A stretch of 60,846 bases of DNA from an uncultured Paludibacter sp. (lineage in GTDB: Bacteria; Bacteroidota; Bacteroidia; Bacteroidales; Paludibacteraceae). The notes under the pieces are model-generated. The model was not told where the DNA came from. It did no database searches and saw only the letters and a program-made list of their open reading frames with translations. Numbering within the stretch: position 1 is the stretch's first letter; each line of letters begins with the position of its first letter. The stretch spans positions 1,312,679 through 1,373,524 of the forward strand of contig LR026962.1 in assembly GCA_900498215.1 (NCBI GenBank), written 5' to 3'. Of this stretch, positions 38,673 through 47,861 are shown piece after piece. The position numbers and the translations under genes are program-made.

Positions 38673-38791
38673 AAGAATGAAATATGGAAAAGGTGAAAAT
38701 TTTCTTTTCGAGGTAAAATAAGGCGGAGCTGGTTTTATATTATTTATTACAAGCCAAGTGATTTTTAATAATAATTGACAATAGAATAGCG

Positions 38792-38799
38792 TAATTTTG
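38792..38799 (+). promoter_or_regulatory. Candidate -7 box TAATTTTG for the 1144-aa synthase gene
   Basis: Matches TAnnTTTG, 27 nt upstream of the ATG at 38826. Confidence 0.4.
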
Positions 38800-38825
38800 C
38801 ACGTTGTTTTAACATTTTAAAATGT

Positions 38826-41800
38826 ATGGATAAACAAGTTTTTCAAACCAACGATAAATCTCGCTGGATTACATTTAAATGGACATTACGCCTACTTGCA
38901 ATTGTTGCAGGAATGCTTTTAGCCGCAGTAATACTAATGCTGATAATAGATAAAGTGCCCGCTGTCCCTTATCATCAGAATTATCAAAACATTATAACTG
39001 CCAACAAACCTTATTTGCAAGAAACAAAAATTTCAAAAGAATATAAAGGTTTTCGCAATTTTATTGAAGAAAAAGAAATTCATCAGAATTATACCAAAGA
39101 AAGAAAAGAAGCCAATTTGCGACGTAAACTACGTGAAAATGAAAACTTAAAATCGGTTTCGGAACGTATGAATAAAGATTGGCAGAAATTTCCAGCGGGA
39201 ATTCGTTCTGCGTTTTATGTTGCTTGGGATCCGCAATCGCTTTTTTCTCTGAAAAGAAATATCCGAAACTTAAACCTTATCATCCCCGAATGGTTTTTTA
39301 TCGATCCCAAAGGCGATTCGGTTAAATTTAATATTGATACGGTTGGTTATAAGTTTATGCGTAAAAGCGGCGTGATGATTATGCCCATTTTGAGCAACAA
39401 TTATGATCGTGAATTTCATCCGGAAGGAATAGGCAGAATACTTCACAACAAACAAAAACGCACTAAACTTATTAATACGGTGTTGAATGAATGCGAAAAA
39501 AGAAATTTTGTAGGAATAAACATCGATTTGGAAGATTTAAAAGAAAACAGTGATATGTATTTAATTCAATTTTTAAAAGAAATTTCATACGCTTTTCATC
39601 AGAAAGGATTACTTGTTACACAAGACATTATGCCTGATAATTCCGATTATAACCTCAAAGAACTCTCTAAATATAACGATTATTTAATATTAATGGCTTA
39701 CGATGAATATTCATCGGACAGCGATCCGGGTCCAATTAGTTCACAGCGTTGGGTGGAAGAAAATGTGGATAGATTCGCAAAAAATGTTCCCATCAATAAG
39801 ATTATACTTGGTTTAGGCGCTTATGGATATGATTGGAGCGATAATGGGGAGGAAACTAAAAATCTAACCTATCAACAAGCATTATCATTAGCACACGCAA
39901 GTAGTTCGCAAATAACATTCGACAACGACACATATAATCTTTCCTTCTCATATAAAGATTTATCTAACAATCAAACCCATCGCGTGTTTTTTACTGATGC
40001 CGCTACACATTTTAATATTTTGCGTTTTGCTGCGGAATATGGTTTAGCCGGTTCTGCTCTTTGGAGGTTAGGAAGTGAAGATTACCGTATGTGGAGTTTT
40101 TATAATAAAGATGTATCTTCCATCACGCCCCAAAATTTTAATTTCAAAACATTTGAAACGGTTCGCACTTTTAATGATGTAGATTATGTTGGTGATGGTG
40201 AAGTTTTGAATGTACTTTATACGCCGCAAAAGGGAGAAATAAAACTGGAACTCGATAGCACGGAAATGCTTATTTCAGAAGAGAAGTATATGAAAATTCC
40301 AAGTTCGTATGAGGTAGAAAAATATGGAGAATCACCCGATAATTATCTCGCATTAACTTTTGATGATGGTCCGGACGCCACGTGGACTCCTCAGATTATT
40401 AACATTTTATCAAAACATCACGCTCCGGCTGCTTTTTTCGTTGTAGGCTTGCAAGGCGAAAAAAATCTGCCCATACTTAAAAGATTATACAAAGAAGGTT
40501 TTGACATTGGTAATCATACTTTTACACACGAGAATATTGCCAAAATATCGCCGGAAAGAGCAATAATTGAACTCAAACTCACTCGTTTATTGATTGAAGC
40601 CGTTACAGGACATAGCACCATTCTTTTCCGCGCCCCTTACAATGCCGATAGCGAACCTGCAACAATGGAGGAAATTATACCTGTGGCGATAGCACGCAAG
40701 GAGAATTATTTGGATATTGGGGAAAACATTGATCCTGAAGATTGGCAAGTGGGAATTAGTGCCGATACCATTTTCAATCGTGTAGTAAAAGCGGTGAATG
40801 AAAAAAGAGGAAACATTATTTTACTTCACGACGCCGGCGGAGAAACGCGAAAGGAAACAATAAAAGCAACTGAAATGATTTTGGATTATTTTCAAAAACG
40901 CGGTTATAAATTTGTTTCGCTTTCCGATTTACTACACAAAAAAAGAGCTGATTTAATGCCTGCAATTCCAAAAGGAAAAGGTTATTACATTATGCAATTC
41001 AATTTGGCGCTCGCTTCCATTGTTTATTGGTTGAGTAACTTTTTTGCCGCTTTATTTATCATTTTTATTGTATTAGGCTTGGCAAGATTAATCACTATGA
41101 TTATTTTAATGATTCGGGAACGTAAACGTGAGAAAAAATTTGATTATAATGCAGTGAAAAAACTAACGGAGTTTCCCTTGGTTTCAATCATTGTGCCGGC
41201 ATACAACGAAGAAGTAAACGCGGTTTCATCACTTAATAATTTATTGAAGCAAACTTATCCGAACTACAATATTGTTTTTGTAGACGATGGAAGTAAAGAT
41301 GAAACTTACAAACGCGTTTCGGAAGCATTCAAAGGAAACGAAAAAATGAAAATTTACTCCAAACCAAACGGAGGAAAAGCATCGGCGTTGAACTTTGGAA
41401 TTGAACACACCAATGCGGAATATGTGGTGTGCATTGATGCCGACACAAAACTATATTCAAATGTTTTGGAATTGCTTGTGAGTCATTTTATTTCTTCAGA
41501 TGCAAATCCAAAACTGGCAGCCGTCGCAGGAAATGTAAAAGTGGGAAATCAGGTGAATTTGCTTACCAAATGGCAATCAATTGAATACATTACCAGTCAG
41601 AACTTTGATAGAATGGCGTATGCAAATATCAATGCAATTACGGTAGTTCCCGGTGCGATTGGCGCTTTCAGAAAATCCGCAATAGAGAAAATTGACGGTT
41701 TCACTACAGATACGCTTGCAGAAGACTGCGATTTGACAATGCGTTTATTACGCGAAGGCTACGTTGTTGCCAATGAAAATAAAGCCATTGCAGTTACCGA

Positions 41801-42260
41801 AGTGCCTGAAAACACCAAACAATTTATCAAACAACGCAGCCGTTGGACTTTTGGAGTAATGCAGAGTTTTTGGAAACACCGAGACACGTTGTTTAAGAAA
41901 AAATACAAAGGATTAGGACTCTGGGCAATACCGAATATGTTGCTTTTTCAGTTTATAATCCCGACTTTTTCGCCGTTGGCGGATATTTTAATGATTTTGG
42001 GACTGTTTGTTGGCAATGCGGAACGAATTTTATTTTATTACCTGATTTTTATGCTGATTGACGCCAGTGTTTCCATTGCCGCATTTATTTTTGAAAAAGA
42101 AAAACTGAAAAATCTAATTTGGTTGATTCCGCAACGATTTGTTTATAGATGGATTATGTATGTGGTACTTTTCAAAAGCTACAAAAAAGCAATTAAGGGC
42201 GAATTGCAAACATGGGGAATCTTAAAACGTACAGGAAATGTAGCAGAAGTAGTGCAATAA
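38826..42260 (+). CDS. Tri-modular exopolysaccharide enzyme: N-terminal TM + GH18-like domain + CE4 (NodB) polysaccharide deacetylase + GT2 processive synthase (PgaC/IcaA-like)
   Basis: 1144 aa. TM at aa ~21-43. GH18-like FVGINIDLED (aa ~225, Glu retained). NodB motifs LTFDDGPD, GNHTFTHE, LFRAPYN and ILLHD (aa ~500-700). TM segments at aa ~720-760. GT2 motifs SIIVPAYNEE, FVDDGSKD, CIDADT, EDCDLT and QRSRWTFG, followed by C-terminal TM helices. Confidence 0.85.
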   Translation: MDKQVFQTNDKSRWITFKWTLRLLAIVAGMLLAAVILMLIIDKVPAVPYHQNYQNIITANKPYLQETKISKEYKGFRNFIEEKEIHQNYTKERKEANLRRKLRENENLKSVSERMNKDWQKFPAGIRSAFYVAWDPQSLFSLKRNIRNLNLIIPEWFFIDPKGDSVKFNIDTVGYKFMRKSGVMIMPILSNNYDREFHPEGIGRILHNKQKRTKLINTVLNECEKRNFVGINIDLEDLKENSDMYLIQFLKEISYAFHQKGLLVTQDIMPDNSDYNLKELSKYNDYLILMAYDEYSSDSDPGPISSQRWVEENVDRFAKNVPINKIILGLGAYGYDWSDNGEETKNLTYQQALSLAHASSSQITFDNDTYNLSFSYKDLSNNQTHRVFFTDAATHFNILRFAAEYGLAGSALWRLGSEDYRMWSFYNKDVSSITPQNFNFKTFETVRTFNDVDYVGDGEVLNVLYTPQKGEIKLELDSTEMLISEEKYMKIPSSYEVEKYGESPDNYLALTFDDGPDATWTPQIINILSKHHAPAAFFVVGLQGEKNLPILKRLYKEGFDIGNHTFTHENIAKISPERAIIELKLTRLLIEAVTGHSTILFRAPYNADSEPATMEEIIPVAIARKENYLDIGENIDPEDWQVGISADTIFNRVVKAVNEKRGNIILLHDAGGETRKETIKATEMILDYFQKRGYKFVSLSDLLHKKRADLMPAIPKGKGYYIMQFNLALASIVYWLSNFFAALFIIFIVLGLARLITMIILMIRERKREKKFDYNAVKKLTEFPLVSIIVPAYNEEVNAVSSLNNLLKQTYPNYNIVFVDDGSKDETYKRVSEAFKGNEKMKIYSKPNGGKASALNFGIEHTNAEYVVCIDADTKLYSNVLELLVSHFISSDANPKLAAVAGNVKVGNQVNLLTKWQSIEYITSQNFDRMAYANINAITVVPGAIGAFRKSAIEKIDGFTTDTLAEDCDLTMRLLREGYVVANENKAIAVTEVPENTKQFIKQRSRWTFGVMQSFWKHRDTLFKKKYKGLGLWAIPNMLLFQFIIPTFSPLADILMILGLFVGNAERILFYYLIFMLIDASVSIAAFIFEKEKLKNLIWLIPQRFVYRWIMYVVLFKSYKKAIKGELQTWGILKRTGNVAEVVQ

Positions 42261-42282
42261 TAATCGTATTAAAAAATTAAAT

Positions 42283-42318
42283 GAAGCAAAGTTTTAAAAA
42301 CTTTGCTTCGTTTTTTTA
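42283..42318 (+). terminator. Rho-independent terminator
   Basis: GAAGCAAAGTT / AACTTTGCTTC 11-bp stem plus GTTTTTTT. Confidence 0.7.
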
Positions 42319-42348
42319 AAACAACCAAAAATAATTCCATTTTTTCTC

Positions 42349-42356
42349 TATTTTTG
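42349..42356 (+). promoter_or_regulatory. Candidate -7 box TATTTTTG for the nucleotidyltransferase
   Basis: Matches TAnnTTTG, 62 nt upstream of the ATG at 42418. Confidence 0.35.
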
Positions 42357-42417
42357 TAGAAATAAGAATTTTCGATCCACAAAATTCACAATTCATCCGC
42401 CATAACTTGTAACTAAC

Positions 42418-43149
42418 ATGAAAGCCCTTATCTTTGCCGCCGGACTTGGAACACGTCTGAAACCTATTACTGATAACCTTCCCAAGGCATTAGTGCCAAT
42501 TAATGGAAAACCACTGTTAGAACATACTATTCTTAAATTAAAATCGGCAGGATTTAATGAAATTATCGTTAACGTGCATCATTTCCCGGATCAAGTCATT
42601 GATTTTTTGGAAAGTAAAAGCAATTTCGGCATTCATATCGAAATTTCGGATGAACGTGATAATTTGCTTGATACAGGCGGAGGAATAAAAAAAACGGCTT
42701 GGTTTTTCAATGACGGGAAACCTTTTCTTGTGCATAATGTCGATATTCTTTCCAATGTAAATTTGAAGGAATTATATGCTTTTCATTGCAAACAAGCCGA
42801 TGCATTAAGTACGTTGGTTGTAAACAAGCGGGAAACTTTCCGATATTTACTTTTCAATGAAAATAATCATTTATGCGGTTGGATTAACGAAAAAACCGGA
42901 GAAACAAAACCATCAAAAGAAGTTAATCCATTAAATTACAACAAATTGGCTTATGCCGGAATTCAAGTAATTTCTCCCAGTATATTTGAGATAATGAAAA
43001 AATACGAAGAAAAATTTCCCATTATGGATTTTTATCTTCAAAATTGCCAAATACAAAAGATTGTCGGTTACATCCCTGAAAATCTGAAAATGATTGATGT
43101 AGGAAAACTCAATGCGTTGGAAGAAGCGGAAAGGTTTTTAATGAGATAA
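42418..43149 (+). CDS. Sugar-1-phosphate nucleotidyltransferase (NTP_transferase family, MurU/mannose-1-P guanylyltransferase-like)
   Basis: 243 aa. MKALIFAAGLGTRLKPITDNLPKALVPINGKPLLEH is the canonical G.G.R nucleotide-binding signature. The substrate is not assignable from sequence alone. Confidence 0.8.
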   Translation: MKALIFAAGLGTRLKPITDNLPKALVPINGKPLLEHTILKLKSAGFNEIIVNVHHFPDQVIDFLESKSNFGIHIEISDERDNLLDTGGGIKKTAWFFNDGKPFLVHNVDILSNVNLKELYAFHCKQADALSTLVVNKRETFRYLLFNENNHLCGWINEKTGETKPSKEVNPLNYNKLAYAGIQVISPSIFEIMKKYEEKFPIMDFYLQNCQIQKIVGYIPENLKMIDVGKLNALEEAERFLMR

Positions 43150-43176
43150 TGAAAGTGCGTCTTTATATTTTCGCCC

Positions 43177-46100
43177 ATGAAAAAGAATCTTATTTTTCTC
43201 ATTTATCTATTATTGTTTTTTTCTTGTAATAAAAAAGGAACAATCGTTAAAATTGACTTAGACAAAGTAAATCAATTATTTACAGATGTATCACCTGCTG
43301 ACACAAACGAATACTATACCTCTATATCTTCCGGACCAAATTTAGATTTTTATATTGGCGATAACTTAGGAAATATTTATATTATAAATGACAGTACAAA
43401 TTCTACACAGTTCTTATTCAATGCATCGAAAAGCGGAAGTGCTATTTATAAAGTAGTTCAAAATTTACCGAATAATTATTATATTGGAATTAAAAACGAA
43501 GGATTGAAATTTTTCGAAGAAAACAAAAAACAAGCTAAAAAACAATATAAAATAAAAATAAAAAATACTCCTCCATTTGATGGTACTCAATATTCCGTAT
43601 ATGACTTCACCTTTTGCGAAGAAACCGGGAATTGGTTAGTTTGTACATCGAATGGATTCTATTCAACAAATAAGTATACCGATACTCTTGACTTAATTTA
43701 TCCTGATGTCGCGACCCTTTTATCACGAAAATTAAATGATTATCCTATAAGAAACATAGTAGTCGACAAAAAAACAAAATCTTATTATATCTCCACTCCT
43801 ACTGGCGTTTTGTATTATAATCCTTTACACAAAAATACTCTTTTGCTTAACACAACCAATATTGAACATGTATTTCTTGATAAAGATACATTATTTGCTC
43901 TAAGTGATGATTCCCTGTTTTCTTTTACCTTAAATAATAGAATAGCAAATCGTTTCCCTATAAACAAAAAAAGGATGTTTTTTAGGGATAATAGAAGTAA
44001 TTGCTGGATTTATTCAGATAAAGAAATAATCATAAAACGGGGCTCCGACAGCATTGTCATAATGCCTTCAGTTGATGAAAAACTTAGCGAAAACCCCAGA
44101 AATTTGACCGTTTTAGATTCTAAAAATAATGCGGTATTCTTTATTTCAAAAGATAAGATATATAAAACATATTCATATAAAAATTTTTATTCTTCTCACG
44201 AACAAAACATAATTGCTTCTGCCGCATCGGATGATAAAATTTATTTTCTTAATGACGATGAGGATTTATTTGAATTAGAGATAAATAGGGTTAAGTCGCA
44301 TCCTATTTTTATTGGAAAACTAAAATTAAATTCAACACAAAAGGTGCGCAATATATTTGTATCTCGGGGGCATATATATGCTGTGACTGAACAAGAAATA
44401 TTTTCCCAACCAATTCCCAACAGATGGAATTTATTTAATAAAAAGGCAAAATTGATATACAAATATAAAGATAGAGACAAACTAAAAATAAAATCTGCAT
44501 ATTTACTTGGCTCAAATTTGATGATTGGAGGAAAATTCGGATTGTTAAAAATTAATATAAATAAAAAAGCTAACAGAAAAACGACAAATCTCGAACAAGA
44601 ATACAGCGCAAAATCCACAAAGAATATCAAAATCGGAACTCGTCCCCAGCTTTTATTAAGTTCTTACAACGTTGAGTCCTTTTTTGGAAATAAAGATTTT
44701 GCATTCATTCAAACTTTGGAAGGAAAATTATTTTATTATGACGGATATCATCCGGTGAATAATATCGAAGGAAAAAAGTTTCAAACTTCCAAAAACTATA
44801 TTTATGTCAACGATTCACTTTTTTATATGATAAGTAATAAAAATGTGACAAAAAAAACACTTAGCAAAGATATTTTGACTAACAATATATTAGTAAAAAA
44901 TATACCCTATAACTTACCAGGCTGCATTGCTGTAGGTGATAGTTTATTGTATGTAGGAACTCAAAACGGATGTTTAAAAATTAATACAAAAGACACAAAC
45001 AAAAAAGAATGGCTTCAATTTAAGTATACTTGGGGAATAAGTACAATTATTTACTATTTCTTATTGTTGTTTGCATTACCTCTATTTATTATTATTTTAT
45101 TACAAAGATTTTTTCACTTTACAATTTTGCAAAAAAAATCTATTATTGTCAATGAAGAAAGCACCCATAAGCGAATCAAAAATATAGAAACGCTTTTGGA
45201 AAAATTTACTCCTGATTCTATGGAATATAATGCAACCATTGAATTAAGTAAAAAGATAAATAATAAGCAATTAGAAATAAAAAATAATCCGGACAAGATA
45301 TGGGATTTACAGAAATTTTGGGATGAGATAAGTATAGAAATATCAAAACTAAACGGGAAGTATAACGAATTGTGTATTGAAGAATTAAAAGTAAATATTA
45401 TTGAACAAATAAAAACATTAAAAGAAATAAAATTGAAAGAAGGATTACTTTTAATTGACCATAGTAACTATGCTCTTAGAAAAAGAAATATAACATTAGC
45501 AGAAGTAGAAAAAATAAAAAACGAAAACGAGAAGTTCATTACAAGATTTAAAAATTACAAAACAAAATACAATCAATTTCAAAAGGATATTCAGAAAATT
45601 TCTGTAAAAGAACTGACAGATTCATATATTCCTTTAAATGATATCGAAGATTACACTACACTCGCCAAACAGTCTGAGATATTGGACAAATATATCAATT
45701 TAATTGAAAAACTGAAAAGAACTTCAGTCGACACCCGAATTATAACATATATAAATGAGAAAACAAGTGAAATTACTTCAACCAATGAAATAAACGCCAA
45801 TGATTTGGATTTAATCATTAAGCAATTAAATAATTCTATAAACGAATTTGTTTACAGCACATTATCCAATATCAGAAACGTCAATGAGCAAATAGAACAA
45901 AGTAAAATTTTATCACAAATAGCTTGGGTATCCAATGTAAAATATAACGAAGAAACGATTGAAAGATATAAGATACCTCAAAAAATAGAAAAATTTTTTA
46001 ACTGTCTTTCTGAAAATGACAAAAAAATAATTTTAGAAATTAATAATTCAAATGATTTTCAAGGTCACATTTGTAAAATTCTTCCCGTAATTTTAGCTGT

Positions 46101-46290
46101 TCCCAAATTAGAAATTAAATATCTTGATAGAATTATAATTGGCGAGGGAAAAGGGTCAAAACAAAGAAAAAGTGATTTAAAAAACAACATTCTTAAATTT
46201 GGAGAAGAAAAACTGGCTCAACTTGAATCGGCAATTCTTTGGGACCGCATATATAATTTATATTTTCATTCCTCAAAAACTATTGATTAA
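43177..46290 (+). CDS. Lipoprotein-anchored Reg_prop-type beta-propeller / single TM / long cytoplasmic coiled-coil protein with no recognisable output domain
   Basis: 1037 aa. Lipobox LLFFSC. Recurrent propeller-blade motifs IGIKNEGLKFF, VCTSNGFYSTN, ISTPTGVLYYN, IGGKFGLLKIN and VGTQNGCLKIN. TM WGISTIIYYFLLLFALPLFIIILL at aa ~615-640. About 390 aa of K/E/N/I-rich helical sequence follow. No HisKA/HATPase, GGDEF or clear HTH domain was seen. Confidence 0.6.
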   Translation: MKKNLIFLIYLLLFFSCNKKGTIVKIDLDKVNQLFTDVSPADTNEYYTSISSGPNLDFYIGDNLGNIYIINDSTNSTQFLFNASKSGSAIYKVVQNLPNNYYIGIKNEGLKFFEENKKQAKKQYKIKIKNTPPFDGTQYSVYDFTFCEETGNWLVCTSNGFYSTNKYTDTLDLIYPDVATLLSRKLNDYPIRNIVVDKKTKSYYISTPTGVLYYNPLHKNTLLLNTTNIEHVFLDKDTLFALSDDSLFSFTLNNRIANRFPINKKRMFFRDNRSNCWIYSDKEIIIKRGSDSIVIMPSVDEKLSENPRNLTVLDSKNNAVFFISKDKIYKTYSYKNFYSSHEQNIIASAASDDKIYFLNDDEDLFELEINRVKSHPIFIGKLKLNSTQKVRNIFVSRGHIYAVTEQEIFSQPIPNRWNLFNKKAKLIYKYKDRDKLKIKSAYLLGSNLMIGGKFGLLKININKKANRKTTNLEQEYSAKSTKNIKIGTRPQLLLSSYNVESFFGNKDFAFIQTLEGKLFYYDGYHPVNNIEGKKFQTSKNYIYVNDSLFYMISNKNVTKKTLSKDILTNNILVKNIPYNLPGCIAVGDSLLYVGTQNGCLKINTKDTNKKEWLQFKYTWGISTIIYYFLLLFALPLFIIILLQRFFHFTILQKKSIIVNEESTHKRIKNIETLLEKFTPDSMEYNATIELSKKINNKQLEIKNNPDKIWDLQKFWDEISIEISKLNGKYNELCIEELKVNIIEQIKTLKEIKLKEGLLLIDHSNYALRKRNITLAEVEKIKNENEKFITRFKNYKTKYNQFQKDIQKISVKELTDSYIPLNDIEDYTTLAKQSEILDKYINLIEKLKRTSVDTRIITYINEKTSEITSTNEINANDLDLIIKQLNNSINEFVYSTLSNIRNVNEQIEQSKILSQIAWVSNVKYNEETIERYKIPQKIEKFFNCLSENDKKIILEINNSNDFQGHICKILPVILAVPKLEIKYLDRIIIGEGKGSKQRKSDLKNNILKFGEEKLAQLESAILWDRIYNLYFHSSKTID

Positions 46291-46330
46291 ATAGTTTTCA
46301 ACCTTATATTTCCTGAAAACATGTTATTTT

Positions 46331-46372
46331 AAGAAAGGAGACCCGAATAGGCTCTCCTTTCTTATTTATTAA
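46331..46372 (+). terminator. Rho-independent terminator after the 1037-aa gene
   Basis: AAGAAAGGAGA(c)CC / GG(c)TCTCCTTTCTT stem with one mismatch, followed by ATTTATT. Confidence 0.55.
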
Positions 46373-46376
46373 ATCA

Positions 46377-46514
46377 ATGGTAGATAAAAAGACTTTTATG
46401 ATCAACAAAATGGTCATATTTTATACCCGTCTCTTTTTCACGGCTCATTTTATGACCTTTTTGCTGTTTCTGTTTACTATTTTTGAAATGGAATCGGAAA
46501 CATTAACCCACTAA
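46377..46514 (+). CDS. Possible 45-aa hydrophobic small ORF (MVDKKTFMINKMVIFYTRLFFTAHFMTFLLFLFTIFEMESETLTH)
   Basis: Below the ORF-track size cutoff and read by hand. It has one predicted TM helix and lies between the terminator and the next gene. There is no independent support. Confidence 0.2.
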   Translation: MVDKKTFMINKMVIFYTRLFFTAHFMTFLLFLFTIFEMESETLTH

Positions 46515-46525
46515 AAACAATACTT

Positions 46526-47104
46526 ATGAATGCAAATTTAAGCCCATATCAAAATGAAGTTTTTTTTGAAAAAATAAAAAAAATGACTGATGAGCAAATT
46601 CTAACGGTCATTAAAAACCAAGGGGATTATAACTCCACTTTCATAGAAATGGTTAAAGAAGAAATTGGACTTCGAGGATATAATTTTTCTATTGACGAAC
46701 TTAACGATATTGATTTAATTCTCATCAAGCATAAATCAACTGAAGATTTGGTTGATATCTATGTAAATCCCACTGATTTCAATAAAAAATGGGAACTATT
46801 AGCGCAACAAGAGCTATCAGCCAGAAATTATGACATTTCTGCCCTTTATATTGAGAAGCAAAATGGATTAAAGATATTAAAACAAGGAATACAAGGTTCG
46901 CATATAATTTTAGGTTACTTTTTAGCCGTATTAGGAGGCATTATTGGTCTTATTATGGCGCTAAACTATATGAATAAAAAGATTTCTACCATTAGTGGAG
47001 AAAAGTTATACAAATACAATGAAACCACACGCCAACATGGCAAGGTAATGTTGATTGTTTGGAGCATTGTTAACATTATTGTCGGAGTAAAAATTTTTTC
47101 TTAA
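46526..47104 (+). CDS. Hypothetical membrane protein (soluble N-domain plus two C-terminal TM helices)
   Basis: 192 aa. TM helices IILGYFLAVLGGIIGLIMAL and VMLIVWSIVNIIVGVKIF. No recognisable family. Confidence 0.5.
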   Translation: MNANLSPYQNEVFFEKIKKMTDEQILTVIKNQGDYNSTFIEMVKEEIGLRGYNFSIDELNDIDLILIKHKSTEDLVDIYVNPTDFNKKWELLAQQELSARNYDISALYIEKQNGLKILKQGIQGSHIILGYFLAVLGGIIGLIMALNYMNKKISTISGEKLYKYNETTRQHGKVMLIVWSIVNIIVGVKIFS

Positions 47105-47116
47105 AAAATACGGGCA

Positions 47117-47785
47117 ATGCAAAGAGTAATAGTCATACTCATTTTATTTATTGGGCTTTCAAAAGTATCAGCCCAAACAGATAAAAATACAATTAGAAAA
47201 GTAACTTCCAATGAGATTGTTTCAATGCTAAGCTTTGAGGATATAACTTGTTTCAAAAATGTATGTAAACCCACATTACTTTTTATACACAGCCCATTTA
47301 ATATGAAAAGCATTAAAATGGAATCCGAAGTAAAAAAATATGCAGCGAAACATTCAGATTTTATTTTCTTAGAATTTGAATCATCTCAAGACGATGCAGA
47401 ACGAGCAATAAAAGATACAATAGGATACAAATTTTATCCATCATGCATTGCAATTAAACCGCCTAACATATATTATTCCTTTTCAGGATATTATTCCTTT
47501 AGTACATTGGAATTATTTCTGGATCAATTTTTCAAAGGAAACAATGTAGAAAGCAATACTCATATCGCTCAATTTTCTTTATTTAATCAGTCTGTCTATT
47601 ATGGCAAATTTGATTATACGAAAGAAAACGGCAATGGTATCATTGTCAATCCTAACGGGGTAAAATTTATAGGGGAAATGGTAAATGGTATTGCTAAAAA
47701 TGGTTCTTTTTATGAATTTCTATCTGACGATTTATTACAAATTACAATAATTAAAAATTATACAGTTATTAGCGTTTCTCCATAA
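47117..47785 (+). CDS. Hypothetical secreted protein (thioredoxin-fold-like region without CxxC plus MORN-like C-terminus)
   Basis: 222 aa with signal peptide MQRVIVILILFIGLSKVSAQ. The C-terminal YYGKFDYTKENGNGIIVNPNGVKFIGEMVNGIAKNG is MORN-like. The fold assignment is tentative. Confidence 0.5.
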   Translation: MQRVIVILILFIGLSKVSAQTDKNTIRKVTSNEIVSMLSFEDITCFKNVCKPTLLFIHSPFNMKSIKMESEVKKYAAKHSDFIFLEFESSQDDAERAIKDTIGYKFYPSCIAIKPPNIYYSFSGYYSFSTLELFLDQFFKGNNVESNTHIAQFSLFNQSVYYGKFDYTKENGNGIIVNPNGVKFIGEMVNGIAKNGSFYEFLSDDLLQITIIKNYTVISVSP

Positions 47786-47861
47786 ATTAAGCGATAAGAC
47801 TATTTTATAAAAAAGCAAAAAATTAATGTCTGTAAAGGACGGACGTAAAACAATTAACACC

